A DNA stretch of 64,000 nt, from positions 29,388,001-29,452,000 of the forward strand of contig NC_042999.1 in the NCBI RefSeq assembly GCF_006345805.1, written 5' to 3'. Position numbers and translations under genes: made by a program. Position 1 is the first letter of the stretch; every line of letters begins with the position of its first letter. The stretch comes from Octopus sinensis. Taxonomy: Eukaryota. The notes beneath the pieces were generated by a model. That model did no database searches. It had not been told where the DNA came from and saw only the letters and a program-made list of their open reading frames with translations. Below are positions 13,090-24,700 of the stretch, one piece after another.

Positions 13090-13582
13090 TAACTTAAAAT
13101 TGTATGATAGATTGCCGTCAATTCATTCTCTCTTACCTGTTTGTGTCTGCCTTCCAATTGCTGTTTTTACTGAGATCTCCCTTTTTAGTAGAAGAAATAG
13201 CTATAGCTCTTTGACTGCTATTTCTAAGTTCGGTATGTGGTGAGGCAATTCGTTGCTAAACCCTTTATTGCTTAGTATTACTTAAATTTTCCTCGAATGA
13301 GGCTTTTACATGCCGAAGACTACTTGGTGTAATTGATAATTATTCCAAATTAATTAATTTCACCCTTCATTATTACGGATAACCATATTTTATCTCAGTA
13401 GATGACCACAGCATCTTGTTTTGGCTACACGCGGGTGGGAAGGGGCTGGTGACACAATCTTTCCATTCACACATTGAATTCGGTGATACTAGTTGCGGAT
13501 TCTAGCTCGCTCTGATACTGAGTTGAGTTGGTGCCTTCTAGCATCTCAAAATTCAATATATAATCATTTATGATTATAGTAT

Positions 13583-13682
13583 TCTACGCTGAGAGAAAAG
13601 AAGTTTTTGGTAAGATAGAATTATTTAATATTTAATTCTTATGCTTTCCTAAAAACTTGATTTCGAAACGTACGTCCGTAGA
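13583..13682 (+). ncRNA. Second copy of the hammerhead, with a 1-nt deletion in the core (CTGAGA)
   Basis: Otherwise identical to 12989-13089; the deletion may be a sequencing error. Confidence 0.6.
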
Positions 13683-13951
13683 TAACTTAAAATTGTATGA
13701 TAGATTGCCGTCAATTCATTCTCTCTTACCTGTTTGTGTCTGCCTTCCAATTGCTGTTTTTACTGAGATCTCCCTTTTTAGTAGAAGAAATAGCTATAAC
13801 TCTTTGACTGCTATTTCTAAATTCGGTATGTGGTGAGGCAATTCGTTGCTAAACCCTTTATTGCTTAGTATATATATATACATGTATATATATATCTGTA
13901 CTACATAGACATATGTGTATGGACTCTATGTAAACGTATATACATATATAC

Positions 13952-14537
13952 ATAGAATGGTTGTATACTGTCAATCTAACAAGAACGTGACAGTAGGGGG
14001 TACACCACCGCAGTATAGCCCTAGGAGGCATCCAACGCCTCCTGATAGCTTTGACACATTTTTCCCTGTGTCCTTATATACATATACGAAGGGGAGACAA
14101 ACACCCCCGGCTGTATACAACCATTCTATCGCCCCACCAACGTACATGTCTCTACGAGAGATTTAGAAATTCAATATTTCTTATTTTGATAATCAATTAA
14201 TAAACTTCATTGAGCATAAATATATACAATTACGAAGTCGAGGCAAATATCACCGGCTGACCGGTATCTGCTACTCTAGGCCGATGAAGGACAACGATCC
14301 TGAAACACGGTGTCCCTAGATGCAGTTCCGGCAGCCGGGGGTGTTTGTCTCCCCTTCGTATAAGGACACAGAGAAAAAATGTGTCAAAGCTACCAGGAGG
14401 CGGTCGATGCCTCCTAGGGCTATAAAGCGGTGGTGTGCCCCCTAATGTCACGTTCTTGTTAGATTGACAGTATACAACCATTCTATCGCCCGCCACCGTA
14501 CATGTCTCTACGAGAGTTTTAGAGATTCAATATTTCT
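13952..14537 (+). mobile_element. Hammerhead element with a 357-bp partial tandem repeat and a 5' inverted arm
   Basis: 14113-14181 repeats at 14470-14537; 13952-14113 is the reverse complement of 14332-14486; (TA)n-type flanks. Confidence 0.75.
14275..14320 (+). ncRNA. Compact type I hammerhead, U4C core variant
   Basis: Stem I TCTAGG/CCTAGA; core CCGATGA 14281-14287; stem II AGGA/TCCT with loop CAACGA; GAAA 14302-14305; stem III ACAC-G-GTGT; GUC triplet (C14314). Confidence 0.75.
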
Positions 14538-14561
14538 GACATATATACATATATGTATGTA

Positions 14562-14632
<71 letters not shown>

Positions 14633-14640
14633 TATAGAAG

Positions 14641-14690
14641 AGCTTCTACAGGACTAGAACTGTTTCATTCAAGAGAAATCTTCAGGAAGC
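14641..14690 (-). ncRNA. Type I hammerhead (left arm, antisense)
   Basis: Minus strand reads GCTTC CTGAAGA TTTC-TCTT-GAAT GAAA CAG-TTCTAGTC-CTGT A GAAGC. Confidence 0.65.
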
Positions 14691-14692
14691 CT

Positions 14693-14745
14693 GAGCTTCC
14701 TGAAGATTTTCCTTGAATGAAACAGTTCTAGTCCTGTAGAAGCTC
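14693..14745 (+). ncRNA. Type I hammerhead (right arm of the palindrome)
   Basis: Stem I GAGCTTC/GAAGCTC; CTGAAGA 14700-14706; short stem II closed by U-U; GAAA 14719-14722; stem III ACAG/CTGT; GUA triplet (A14738). Confidence 0.7.
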
Positions 14746-14847
14746 CTTCTATATAATAAATTAATTTTACTCTGCTATGTATGGAGTACCTTATTTACTG
14801 TGGTTAACCCCGAATCAACCCGGGACCTATATATATGTATATATATA

Positions 14848-14882
<35 letters not shown>

Positions 14883-14916
14883 GATATATATATATATAAT
14901 ATATATATATATATAT

Positions 14917-15336
14917 TACCAATTAAGGACTGAACACGAAAGGTGGACAGTCAACATGCTAGATATAGACGTCAAATCGCCATTCTCCACAAGGATTATT
15001 TCTCAAATAAATAAAATTCAGCACGACCTAAAGCAATGGATGAGACAAAAGAAATATACTAAATGGAATAATTACCTACGTACTGCAGTTTCAGCTATTA
15101 ATATCACAAGGATATCTGTAGCTTCATCAGCTACAGATATCCTTGTGATATTAATAGCTGAAACTGCAGTACGTAGGTAATTATTCCATTTAGTATATTT
15201 TTTGTCTCATCCATTGCTTTAGGTCGTGCTGATTTTATTTTTATTTGAGAACATAATCCTTGTGGAGAATGGCGATTTGACGTCTATATCTAGCATGTTG
15301 ACTGTCCACCTTTTCGTGTTCAGTCCTTAATTGGTA
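14917..15336. repeat. 420-bp near-perfect palindrome with an 85-bp one-sided extension (15337-15422), inside (TA)n
   Basis: Arms of about 207 bp around the loop tcatc (15124-15128). Confidence 0.95.
15075..15131 (-). ncRNA. Hammerhead lacking the 5' strand of stem I
   Basis: Minus strand reads CTGATGA AGCTA...TAGCT GAAA CTGCAGT A CGTAGG; palindromic stem III ACTGCAGT; upstream strand replaced at the fold-back junction. Confidence 0.6.
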
Positions 15337-15417
15337 TATATAAATATTTTAATCTTCGGATTCTTTTTAATGTGCTAGACCACTGTTTTAATTGACTAAT
15401 ATCAATTTCTACCCTTA

Positions 15418-15493
<76 letters not shown>

Positions 15494-15514
15494 TATATAT
15501 ATATATTATATATA

Positions 15515-15606
<92 letters not shown>

Positions 15607-16087
15607 CATACATACATACATACATTAGCACTCACAATTTGATGCCGTCCGCTGTATAATAACATTCAAATGAAATAATTCATTAAGTTACTCACAAAGA
15701 TTTAGTCGGGTCGAGCTACAATAGAACACACTTTACCAAATTTTCATGTAGTTGGAAGTAACATGGAACCATGTGATTAATAAGCAAGCTTGTATGCACA
15801 TAGCCGAGCCTGCTTCATTGCCCACATATAACCAGTGAAAACATTAGTTGCCTTCAAGAATGGAATCCTGTAAATAAATTGTTTTTAAGTACCAAATGTA
15901 TTTTATTCGAAGTATGAAGTTAAAACTGTGTTCTTATCTTATACAATAGTCATGCATACTAGTAGACAGATATGTTTGACGCATTCACATGAATACCCAC
16001 ACACACACACATATATATATAATATACTTATGTATATATATATATAAATATTATATATATATGTATATATATATATCTAAATATATA

Positions 16088-16119
<32 letters not shown>

Positions 16120-16867
16120 TATTATATATATATATATATATATAATATATAATATATATATGCACGTATGTATGTATGTGCATATATGTAAATGCACAAC
16201 TAAAATATATGTGTATATATATATATATATAATATATATATATATATATTATATATATATCACGTTGAATCTTAGCAGTTAGGGCCTTTCAAGAGAATAA
16301 AAATATATCTAAAGGATAGAATATTCAAAAATTTATTTTCCATGTAATACCGCTATTTAAAAGAAGCTATACTGAATGACATCCAATTTGAATTATTGAT
16401 ATATTTGGCAATCCCGTAGAAAAAAATATATTTCCAATTATTTTACGTTCATATTTTTTAATGTTTTAATGCCTCCATTCTACATGAAATAATGATGTTT
16501 ACGTGTCATTATTTGAAATTCAACAGGAATATAGGCAAGAATAAAGCAAATATATAATAAGAGGAGAATACTAACAAGTAAATGAAAACGTAATGTTAAA
16601 CGCCCAAAAACTATTTAAGTTCATAAAATGTATAAAACTCTCTCTAAAAGTTGGAATTTCGCAATGATATTGTAAATCTTTTTCACGTAATGATGTGCAG
16701 ATATTGCATAAAATGGTATGTGTACGAAGGACACAAAAGTTGAAATCTGATAGGATTATAATACATTTTTTTATTCATAATAGAACGGCTTTGTTCAGTT
16801 TCACTAATTAAGTGCCTCTTATATGTTCTATACGGAATGCATCAGCCTACAAATTATGTTGACAGAA

Positions 16868-16868
<1 letters not shown>

Positions 16869-16900
<32 letters not shown>

Positions 16901-17077
16901 TTTAATAATAACAATAATAGTAGTAGTAGTAGTAGTAGTTGTAGTAGTAGTAGTAGTAGTAATAGTACTAGTAGTTGTAGTAGTAGTAGTAATGATAATA
17001 ATAATAATATTAATGGAAACGTTGTTAGTACTAGTCGTAGTAGTAATGGCGACGACGCCAATAGCAGAGATAATATA

Positions 17078-17113
<36 letters not shown>

Positions 17114-17138
17114 GCTACTACTACTATTGCTGCTACTG

Positions 17139-17172
<34 letters not shown>

Positions 17173-17198
17173 AAATAATAATAATAATAATAATAATC

Positions 17199-17229
<31 letters not shown>

Positions 17230-17352
17230 CAAAACTACTGATGCTGCTGCCGCTACTGCTGCTGGTGCCACTAGCACTACTACTACTAATAATAATAATA
17301 ACAATAACGACAGCAACAACAACAATCATGATGATAATAATAACATTAATAT
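16869..17352. repeat. Compound trinucleotide microsatellite (AAT/AGT/ACT)
   Basis: Direct reading; accounts for the low-complexity ORFs here. Confidence 0.95.
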
Positions 17353-17454
17353 TATTAGGTCTTAAAATATGAAATTTGTAGAAAAGATAAAAGTTTGCTA
17401 ATGTTTTATAAACGCAAGGAATAGTTTTATTCATCAAAGTATGCGCCCATTTTG

Positions 17455-18207
17455 CTAGTGCACTTTTGCAATTTCAGCGCGGAATCTTGTGCAGCTGGAA
17501 AATGTAACAGCGTGCCAATTTAATGCCAATAAAATTTTGGAAGGCCTGTTATACAGCATCGTTGGAATCAACAGTTTTCTTATCAAAACGCTATCCAAAT
17601 TCCGGCAGAAGCGGTAGTCTGTGGGTGCAAGGTCAGGTGAGTATGGTGAATGACTGAGGAACTCCAACTCAAAATCCTGTAGTTTCGTTAATGTCATTTT
17701 TGCATTTTGTAGTGTGGCGTTGTCTTGCAATAAAATGGGGTGGATCTAGTCTGTTCTTTTTTTTTTTTTTGGAGGTTCCTACATCATTTGCTGAATTTTG
17801 TATTTTGTATTGAGTTTTGGTGGATCGTCCTTGTCCAAGCATTGTCCTGAACTTTTACGGTTGTTGTATTGGATCCATTTCTCATCACATGTTGCAATTC
17901 GATTCAAAAGTGATTCCTTTTTGTGACGAGAAAGGAGCATAATGTAGGCTTCCAAATGTAGCTGTTTGCTGATTTTCATTCAGTTCATGTGGAACCCAGG
18001 TATCCAAATTTTTTAATTACCGATTTAAACAAGGTGTGTCAATATTGTTTTCTTGCCAGCACCAAACAACAACGATAATTCACGGGCACTTTGATATGGA
18101 TCTGACTCGACGGTGGCTTTCAGTTCGTCAATATCCACCCTTGTTTCTGGTCGACCGCGTTGCTCATTTGTATGCTTAAAATTACCAGAACGAGATTTTG
18201 CAAACAA
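17455..18207 (-). mobile_element. Decayed mariner transposase
   Basis: Fragments GRP...ELKATVESDPYQSARELS, IATCDEKWIQYNN, HSPYSPDLAPTDY. Confidence 0.85.
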
Positions 18208-18519
18208 ATTTGTTACTGTCTACTGTATAATAACATTCGAATGAAATAATTCATTAATATTCAGGGCTGTATGTAATGCTGTATTTCCAAGAAAGATCCC
18301 ATGTTTCAAAACTGTAAACAAAAGTATCAGAAACCACTTTATAAATACTTCATGACAAGCAAAATGTGTTGGAATAACGAAATAATAAAAAATAAAGATT
18401 TTGAAGATATAATAATGGAGCAAAATGAGTAGCTGTCAAAATTTACTATATACATTACTACAAATTTCATACTTGACCTTATAATAGCAATAATGATAAT
18501 AATAACAATAACAATAATA

Positions 18520-19255
18520 ACACCAATAGACAGATCCAAGCTAATCGACCAGAATATATCATTAAAAAAGAGGTAAAATACTTGAGGACATATTGATGTA
18601 AATGTTCTCACTGATGGAAATATATCATGAAAGGTGTTTGATACATTTAGTAAATATAAAGATCTGGAATTTGAAATACAAAAGATGCGGCTTTTTAAAA
18701 AGTTTCATCGGTACAGATCGCAAGGATCTTCAGCAATGATAAATGCATGTGATTGGTCATAGATAATTGTGAAATGTTACTTATGAGTAGGTAACATTTA
18801 GTCAAGAGCGAACGCATCGAATTACCAGGTAGCCAATCATTAAAGGCCGAGGGGGATATAAGTATCTGGACGTAATAGCATCTGACTGAGTACTAAGTAT
18901 AGAAATGAAATGAAAACGAAAATTGAGAAGTACATCAGATGGTTGAAGAAGCTAATGAAGTCACATCTAAATGGTCCGAATATAGTGAAGGCTGTTAATA
19001 CTTGGCTTGGGCGCTATCATTTATTATATATCAGCAGCTTTTGTAGATTAGGAATAAAACTGAATCAGTGAATCTAAAGCGAAGTACAAGGAAGGAATTA
19101 AATATGAATGGAGGACACCCACAAGGGCAGTATTACAAGAATATACCTACCTAGAAAGGAAGTTGGGATAGGGTTAATATCTGTAGAAGACTACATAGAG
19201 ATAGGTAGAGTAGATACAGAATCCTATGTAGGTAATGGTAGAGAAAGTTTGTAAA
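18520..19255 (+). mobile_element. Fragments of an R4/Dong-like RLE LINE
   Basis: HIDVNVLTDGN...FSKYKDLEFEIQKM (RLE domain) directly after degenerate (TAA)n; GYKYLD...STRKELNMNGGHP. Confidence 0.6.
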
Positions 19256-19269
19256 TGCTGCTAGAGTCA

Positions 19270-19600
19270 GAGCATGGCATAGGGCTATCAAAAACCCCAA
19301 ACGCCTATGCTCCGTGCTGTTTACCCAACGTACGTCGTTGTCTTATTACAGCACCGTCTCTCTGTACATCTTATACTATAGACTACATTCCTAGCTGTAC
19401 AGTTTATTTGTGGGCTAAATCTACATACAGTACATTCCCTATCAGTACAGAGGTTTCTACTAAAAGGGTAGGTTCTACCGATTAGGGATTTAATAGGGTT
19501 ATCTGGTCTTTCTACAACATTAAGTATTAGCGTAAGTTTGTTTAGGGCTCTTCTGAAGTGGTTCGCAGTTCGCATTTATGGGTGGTGTCGACGATTATGA
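19270..19600 (-). mobile_element. Penelope-like element GIY-YIG endonuclease remnant
   Basis: CTVCRFSPQINCTARNVVYSIRCTERRCCNKTTTYVG*TARSIG fits the VVY-x-I-x-C...C...YVG-x-T-x-R pattern. Confidence 0.7.
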
Positions 19601-21544
19601 CACTCTGGTATTTGTGACTAACATACTATGAGTTGGCCTTCCCTATATTTTTCTTTCAATAGTTTTCCATGTCTTGCTCCTATAGAGTGGGCAAATCCCA
19701 TTCCTATCTTTACGTATGATAGGTTCAAACTTCATCATGGCTCCTTTGTATACTTTGATCATTTCTCTATGGCTGTATCCTGAGAACCGCATGTATATAT
19801 GTGTATGTGTGTGTGTATGTGCATACATAATAATTCTGATTAAAAATAAGCTTTTTACAGAATATATAAACCTCATTTGTTATTTACATGTAATGCTATA
19901 CAAATTCTGATGACCAGTTTGTATTTTGTCAGTTATATTTTAGTAATAGTATGTCTCAGCATGACTGCTTAATGAAATATTAACGAGTGTGTGATAAAGT
20001 AGAATTCTTTTGGAAATGTTTTCTCAATTGATTTGTTACCAGTGATATATTTCTTTTGCAGTATGCACACATGCTCAGACATAAACGTAGTATGAAGATT
20101 ACATCAAAACCTCTTACATAGAAATCTGTCCTCCGCCATCTCATAATCACTAAAATACTAAACATACTAATAGTATAAGGATAATGTGAATTGGTAAACT
20201 GTTTTTTTCTTAATCGAGCTTTCTGTACCACTACATATATTCTCTGGAATGTTGTCTATTACAAACCCTTCACACAACATATGGCCAGAGGATTTGTGGG
20301 CACAAAATAAACCTTTCATTACATTTATTTGTATAAGGGAGCTATATTTTTTTATATAGTGCTCCTAAGAGTAAGAGAGTGAATGTGTGAACTGTTTATA
20401 CAGTGAATCGTAATTAGATTTCAAAATTAGAACATCTATCATGAAATCTGTATTAAAAATCATTAATATTAAAATGTTATAGAAATATAAATGCGAAAAT
20501 CTTAATCTCAACAGCTGAATATAATTTGTTAAAGGTTCCTTCACTGGCATACCTAGGTCAATTCATGTGTCACATTCAATATTTATATCCTTTATAGAAA
20601 ACATATTTCTAGTAGTTTTCATGGAAAACGACCTTTTAATAATTTTCGACATTTTCACGTAGAAACACCACTTATTCAAAGCATTACGTTAGAATGTGCT
20701 TATTTGATTCAGAGTGAATGCAAAAACGTTTAAAAATATTAGCCCACTGATACTGTAAAATAATTTCTATATTACTTTCTGTATTACTCCCTGCGTAAGT
20801 AGACCTAAATGCAGAAATACAAACATGCATACATAAAAACGTGTGTGGATTTACTTATGTATTTATTCATCTATGGCGAAGGCATTTACATTTAGTGATT
20901 GTGTTTCTAAGTTGGTTAATTTGCAGTACTATTTTAGAACATTTGACATTTGATTTCTTGTTGAGTAGCATTTAAAAGGAAACATGTGGCCCACTATGTT
21001 TGCTATATTTGAATTTTCTCTGCCAATTTCTTCCGAGTGGAATTGCCAATAGCGATCTAGTTCAATCAGAATGTGACTTGCAGAATTATTTAGAAAGCTT
21101 TTAGGAAGGAAGAGTTTTAAGTCAAATATGCATGAACAAAGAACGAAAATATTTCCTAAGAATCAGAGAGAAAAAAATAATAAAAGAGAAAGAAAAAATA
21201 CCAAAATCCTCTGTCTGCACAATTTCTTTCAAATCTGGTACATTTATTTCTACGACAAAAAAAGAAAATTGTTTTTCATTTATATTCAGTACATTTGATT
21301 TGCTAAATATAGCATTACTCGTTCAACGTTTGTTTATAACAAAAATGCGTCATCAATTGTGAAAACTTTCGGGCGCACAAGAATGCGCGCGGAGACGGGT
21401 GTACAGAAAATCACGTACACATTCAGATTCATACTAAATCAAAAACAAAGGTACAGTCATGGGTGTGTATGTGTGTGTGTGTGTGTGAGCGTTTGTGTGT
21501 GATTGTCTGTGTTCGTCTCTGCGTATATATATATAGTTATAAAA

Positions 21545-21795
21545 AATTAATTTAGGGTAGAAATTGATATTTATCAATTAGAACCAGTGGTCTAGCATAT
21601 TAAAAAAAAAGAATCCGAAGATTAAAATATTTATATATACCAATTAAGGACTGAACACGAAAAGTGGACAGTCAACATGCTAGATATAGACGTCAAATCG
21701 CCATTCTCCACATAATCTTTTGTGGAGAATGGCGATTTGACGTCTATATCTAGCATGTTGACTGTCCACTTTTCGTGTTCAGTCCTTAATTGGTA
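21545..21795 (-). mobile_element. Second copy of the 14917-15422 fold-back element, with a shorter palindrome (21638-21795)
   Basis: Same termini taccaattaaggactgaacacg; the same 85-bp extension lies on the opposite side. Confidence 0.85.
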
Positions 21796-24700
21796 TATAT
21801 ATTTATATATATATATATTTATATATAGGTGTATGTATAAATGTATGTATTCAAGCTGTTACAGGGATATACGCTAACTAATGCCTCTCGAAATGTTTCC
21901 ATGAAATCTTCGCACATATATACGCAAAAAAACACAGACAAACACCCAGGTACGCACACACATATACACACACAAATTCACACTCACATACACGTATATA
22001 TGTATAACATATTGGTGAATGAGAAAGAGAGAGAACTTCTGAGAATACTACTTAAACAAAAATATAATGAATATTCGATGCAGAGCCACAAACCCGGGCT
22101 GCTCTGCTAGTGAAGTGTAAAATCAGATATAGCTGAGGAAACAGATACAAAAGCTGTCTAAAATTATTTTATATACACACAACTTACGTATACAATCTCG
22201 GTGTACTGAAATGAAACGTCGTTTTCTAAATATATAAGTGTTAAAATATAAGAACATAGGCTTAAATATTTCGTGAGAAATAGTAGACTGTCCGGCACCA
22301 TGCAAATCTTTCCTGAATTTGTATATGACAGGGAATACAACCTGAACATATAATTATCACATTGTTTTACAATAGAAGTAAGACAACATAACGCAGTTGC
22401 CACCGAAATAAATTCTTCTACAACACATTTTCTGAACTCCAAAGAAGTAAAGTACCGTCACCTCTGTACGCGCAGAATATGTATTGTTACTAATACGAAT
22501 CAAACACCAAAAGCTAAACCAAGCAATACTATTGGTATACAAAACACATGTATATATGCTTACACGTTAAAATAAAGAAATATATTATAAAATCTTAGCA
22601 GGAAAAAATGCCTACACACAGCCAGCCAATCGAAGCAAATACCGTACATTTTGCACGCACAATTATATGAACTACACTCATGTAAACACACACAAAAACA
22701 CACAGAGACACACACATACACACACTCTCTCTCTCTTTCTTTCTCTCTCCTACTTTCTTTCTCTCTCTCTCTCTCCCTCTCTTTATTTGGCATTCACACA
22801 CACGGAGAGGTGCAGAGGAATCTTTATTGTTGGCAGAACACATTTCCAGCGAGAGGATTCCTCAACAAGGTGTAAGCTAAAAAAATCAGAAAGAAACAAG
22901 ATTTGATCGCAAAACATATAAACGTTGAAAGACGCGCACATTAAGGAATCTGAAAAAAAAAAAAAGAATCGAAATTACCCTACCGGAAATTATTGATACT
23001 AATGATCAGTTGAAATAAAAATAACCACATACATATAAGTCTAGAATCATTTTAAACTAGCAAATTGAAGGTCATATATTCACATAATCGTGTTTACTTA
23101 CTATTTGCCCAAATTTCTTAATTATCATTCATATTACCGGCACAATAAGACAGATTTCGAATAACTTCCCAAACTATAATATATCGTAATTGAAACTTCT
23201 GGCTACACTGTCTAAAAGACAGCCATGTGCTCACGTTCCTTATAAACAGGTCATGTTAGTGACATTAACACTAATATTCAACATATTAGCAATATTGTGA
23301 AACATGTTGTTATATTATATTCAATAGACATTAAGCCACAAAACAAAATACACAGCTTTAACATGCACCAACATTTAAGTGAAAAGAAGCATTGAAACAT
23401 TAGGCATCAGAATAAAAAGCCGATCAAAACATGAAACATAAATCACTTTAGATTTTCTAGAAGTGTAAATAATGTTTTATATAATAGCCAGGTAAATAAA
23501 TATCTGGTTTGTCTAATATAGTGTTTGGGTGATTACGCATTTATCAACTGAATGATACAAATTACAAAACTATAGAACCTATATATATATATTATGCAAC
23601 TTGAAATCGTGCCGAGTATATCGCAAGAGAAACCCCAAGTACTAGACTGCATTGTCCTCGTAAATATAAATAAATTTTGGATATTTCCGTGACACTTTCT
23701 AACTAAACACGTATCCTAAATGCCCCGAGATTAACTGAAACCATCTCAATCCTGAAATTCATTTGGGATATTGTGATCTATTGTTAGAAGCGGAGCTGCT
23801 AATATACACGAGGATGTCGACATTGCGTCTAATCTTTTAGTGATATATATGGTAACACGCTTATCTTACATACTAAAAGGAAAATTGGTATGTTTAATTT
23901 ATCTGGCTTATTGTAATATCAAGAGGTGTAGGGGCATTGAAAAAATGCTCATTATTTCTTGAATATTTTTTTTTCCGAATCCGACATACGCACAAGATTA
24001 AATCATTAGCATACATCATGCGAACTATTAATATATTGTTAGATTTTGCATTAAAATTATTCAAATTATACAATTCGCTTACTTTGGACCAGCAATCAAA
24101 GATGAATAGAAACAGGCTATAAGTTAACTATCAGTTACATCTACAACGTACATGGAGTAAAATCCTGTCAAATGCCAAAGCGGATCTTTTTCCATTTGAC
24201 TGTAAAATGCTGGATATTCTGTTGTGGAGGTCGTAACTACTGACGATTACACATTTTTAGCAATTGTTGAAATAGAGTGAATGCTCCAAATTCTTCTTTT
24301 GTGTGATGTAGATGATCCTGGTGACACCTGGCTGTACAGGGATTGAAAAGAGAATTCTCACATACACCAGTTGGCGATGAGCATGTGTGTTTGTGTGTGT
24401 GTGTGTGTGTGAATGTGTGTGTGTGTGCGTATGTTTGTATGCATGTGTGTGTGGCGGGGCATGTTATAATTGTTATACGAAAACGTGAGTATGCGAAAGT
24501 GATTCTTTTGTGTCCTCTCTGTGTATGTGTGTGTGAGATGGGGGCATTGTGTGTACACGTGGTATTTGGAAGTGTGAAACAGGTACATGAATACGCGTGG
24601 GAGAGTATCAATGTATGAGTTTACACGCATGCTCATGTCCGAATCCGCTGGTATCTGCTGTATATATGCAAGTGTGTATATATATTTGTGCATGTGCGAT

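Larger units (their letters stand above)
12783..13871 (+). mobile_element. Partial tandem element (495-bp direct repeats, period 594) with a hammerhead in each repeat, flanked by (TA)n; Penelope pLTR/retrozyme-like
   Basis: 12783-13278 is nearly identical to 13377-13871; no ORF of note. Confidence 0.75.
14624..14762. repeat. Near-perfect palindrome (67-bp arms, 4-nt loop) inside (TA)n
   Basis: 14624-14690 is the reverse complement of 14695-14762 with about 3 differences. Confidence 0.95.

Noticed and set aside
12783-13871. CRISPR-like or LTR-retrotransposon interpretation of the direct repeats
   Set aside because: The context is eukaryotic, there are no spacers, no TG...CA ends, and no PBS, PPT or gag-pol between the repeats.
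13952-14129. Apparent MITE with 17-bp TIRs
   Set aside because: The TIRs are explained by the junction of an inverted arm with a partial tandem repeat; there is no TSD.
18685-18735. Minus-strand CTGAAGA...GAAA
   Set aside because: No NUH site or stem I; it is antisense to Dong-like coding sequence.
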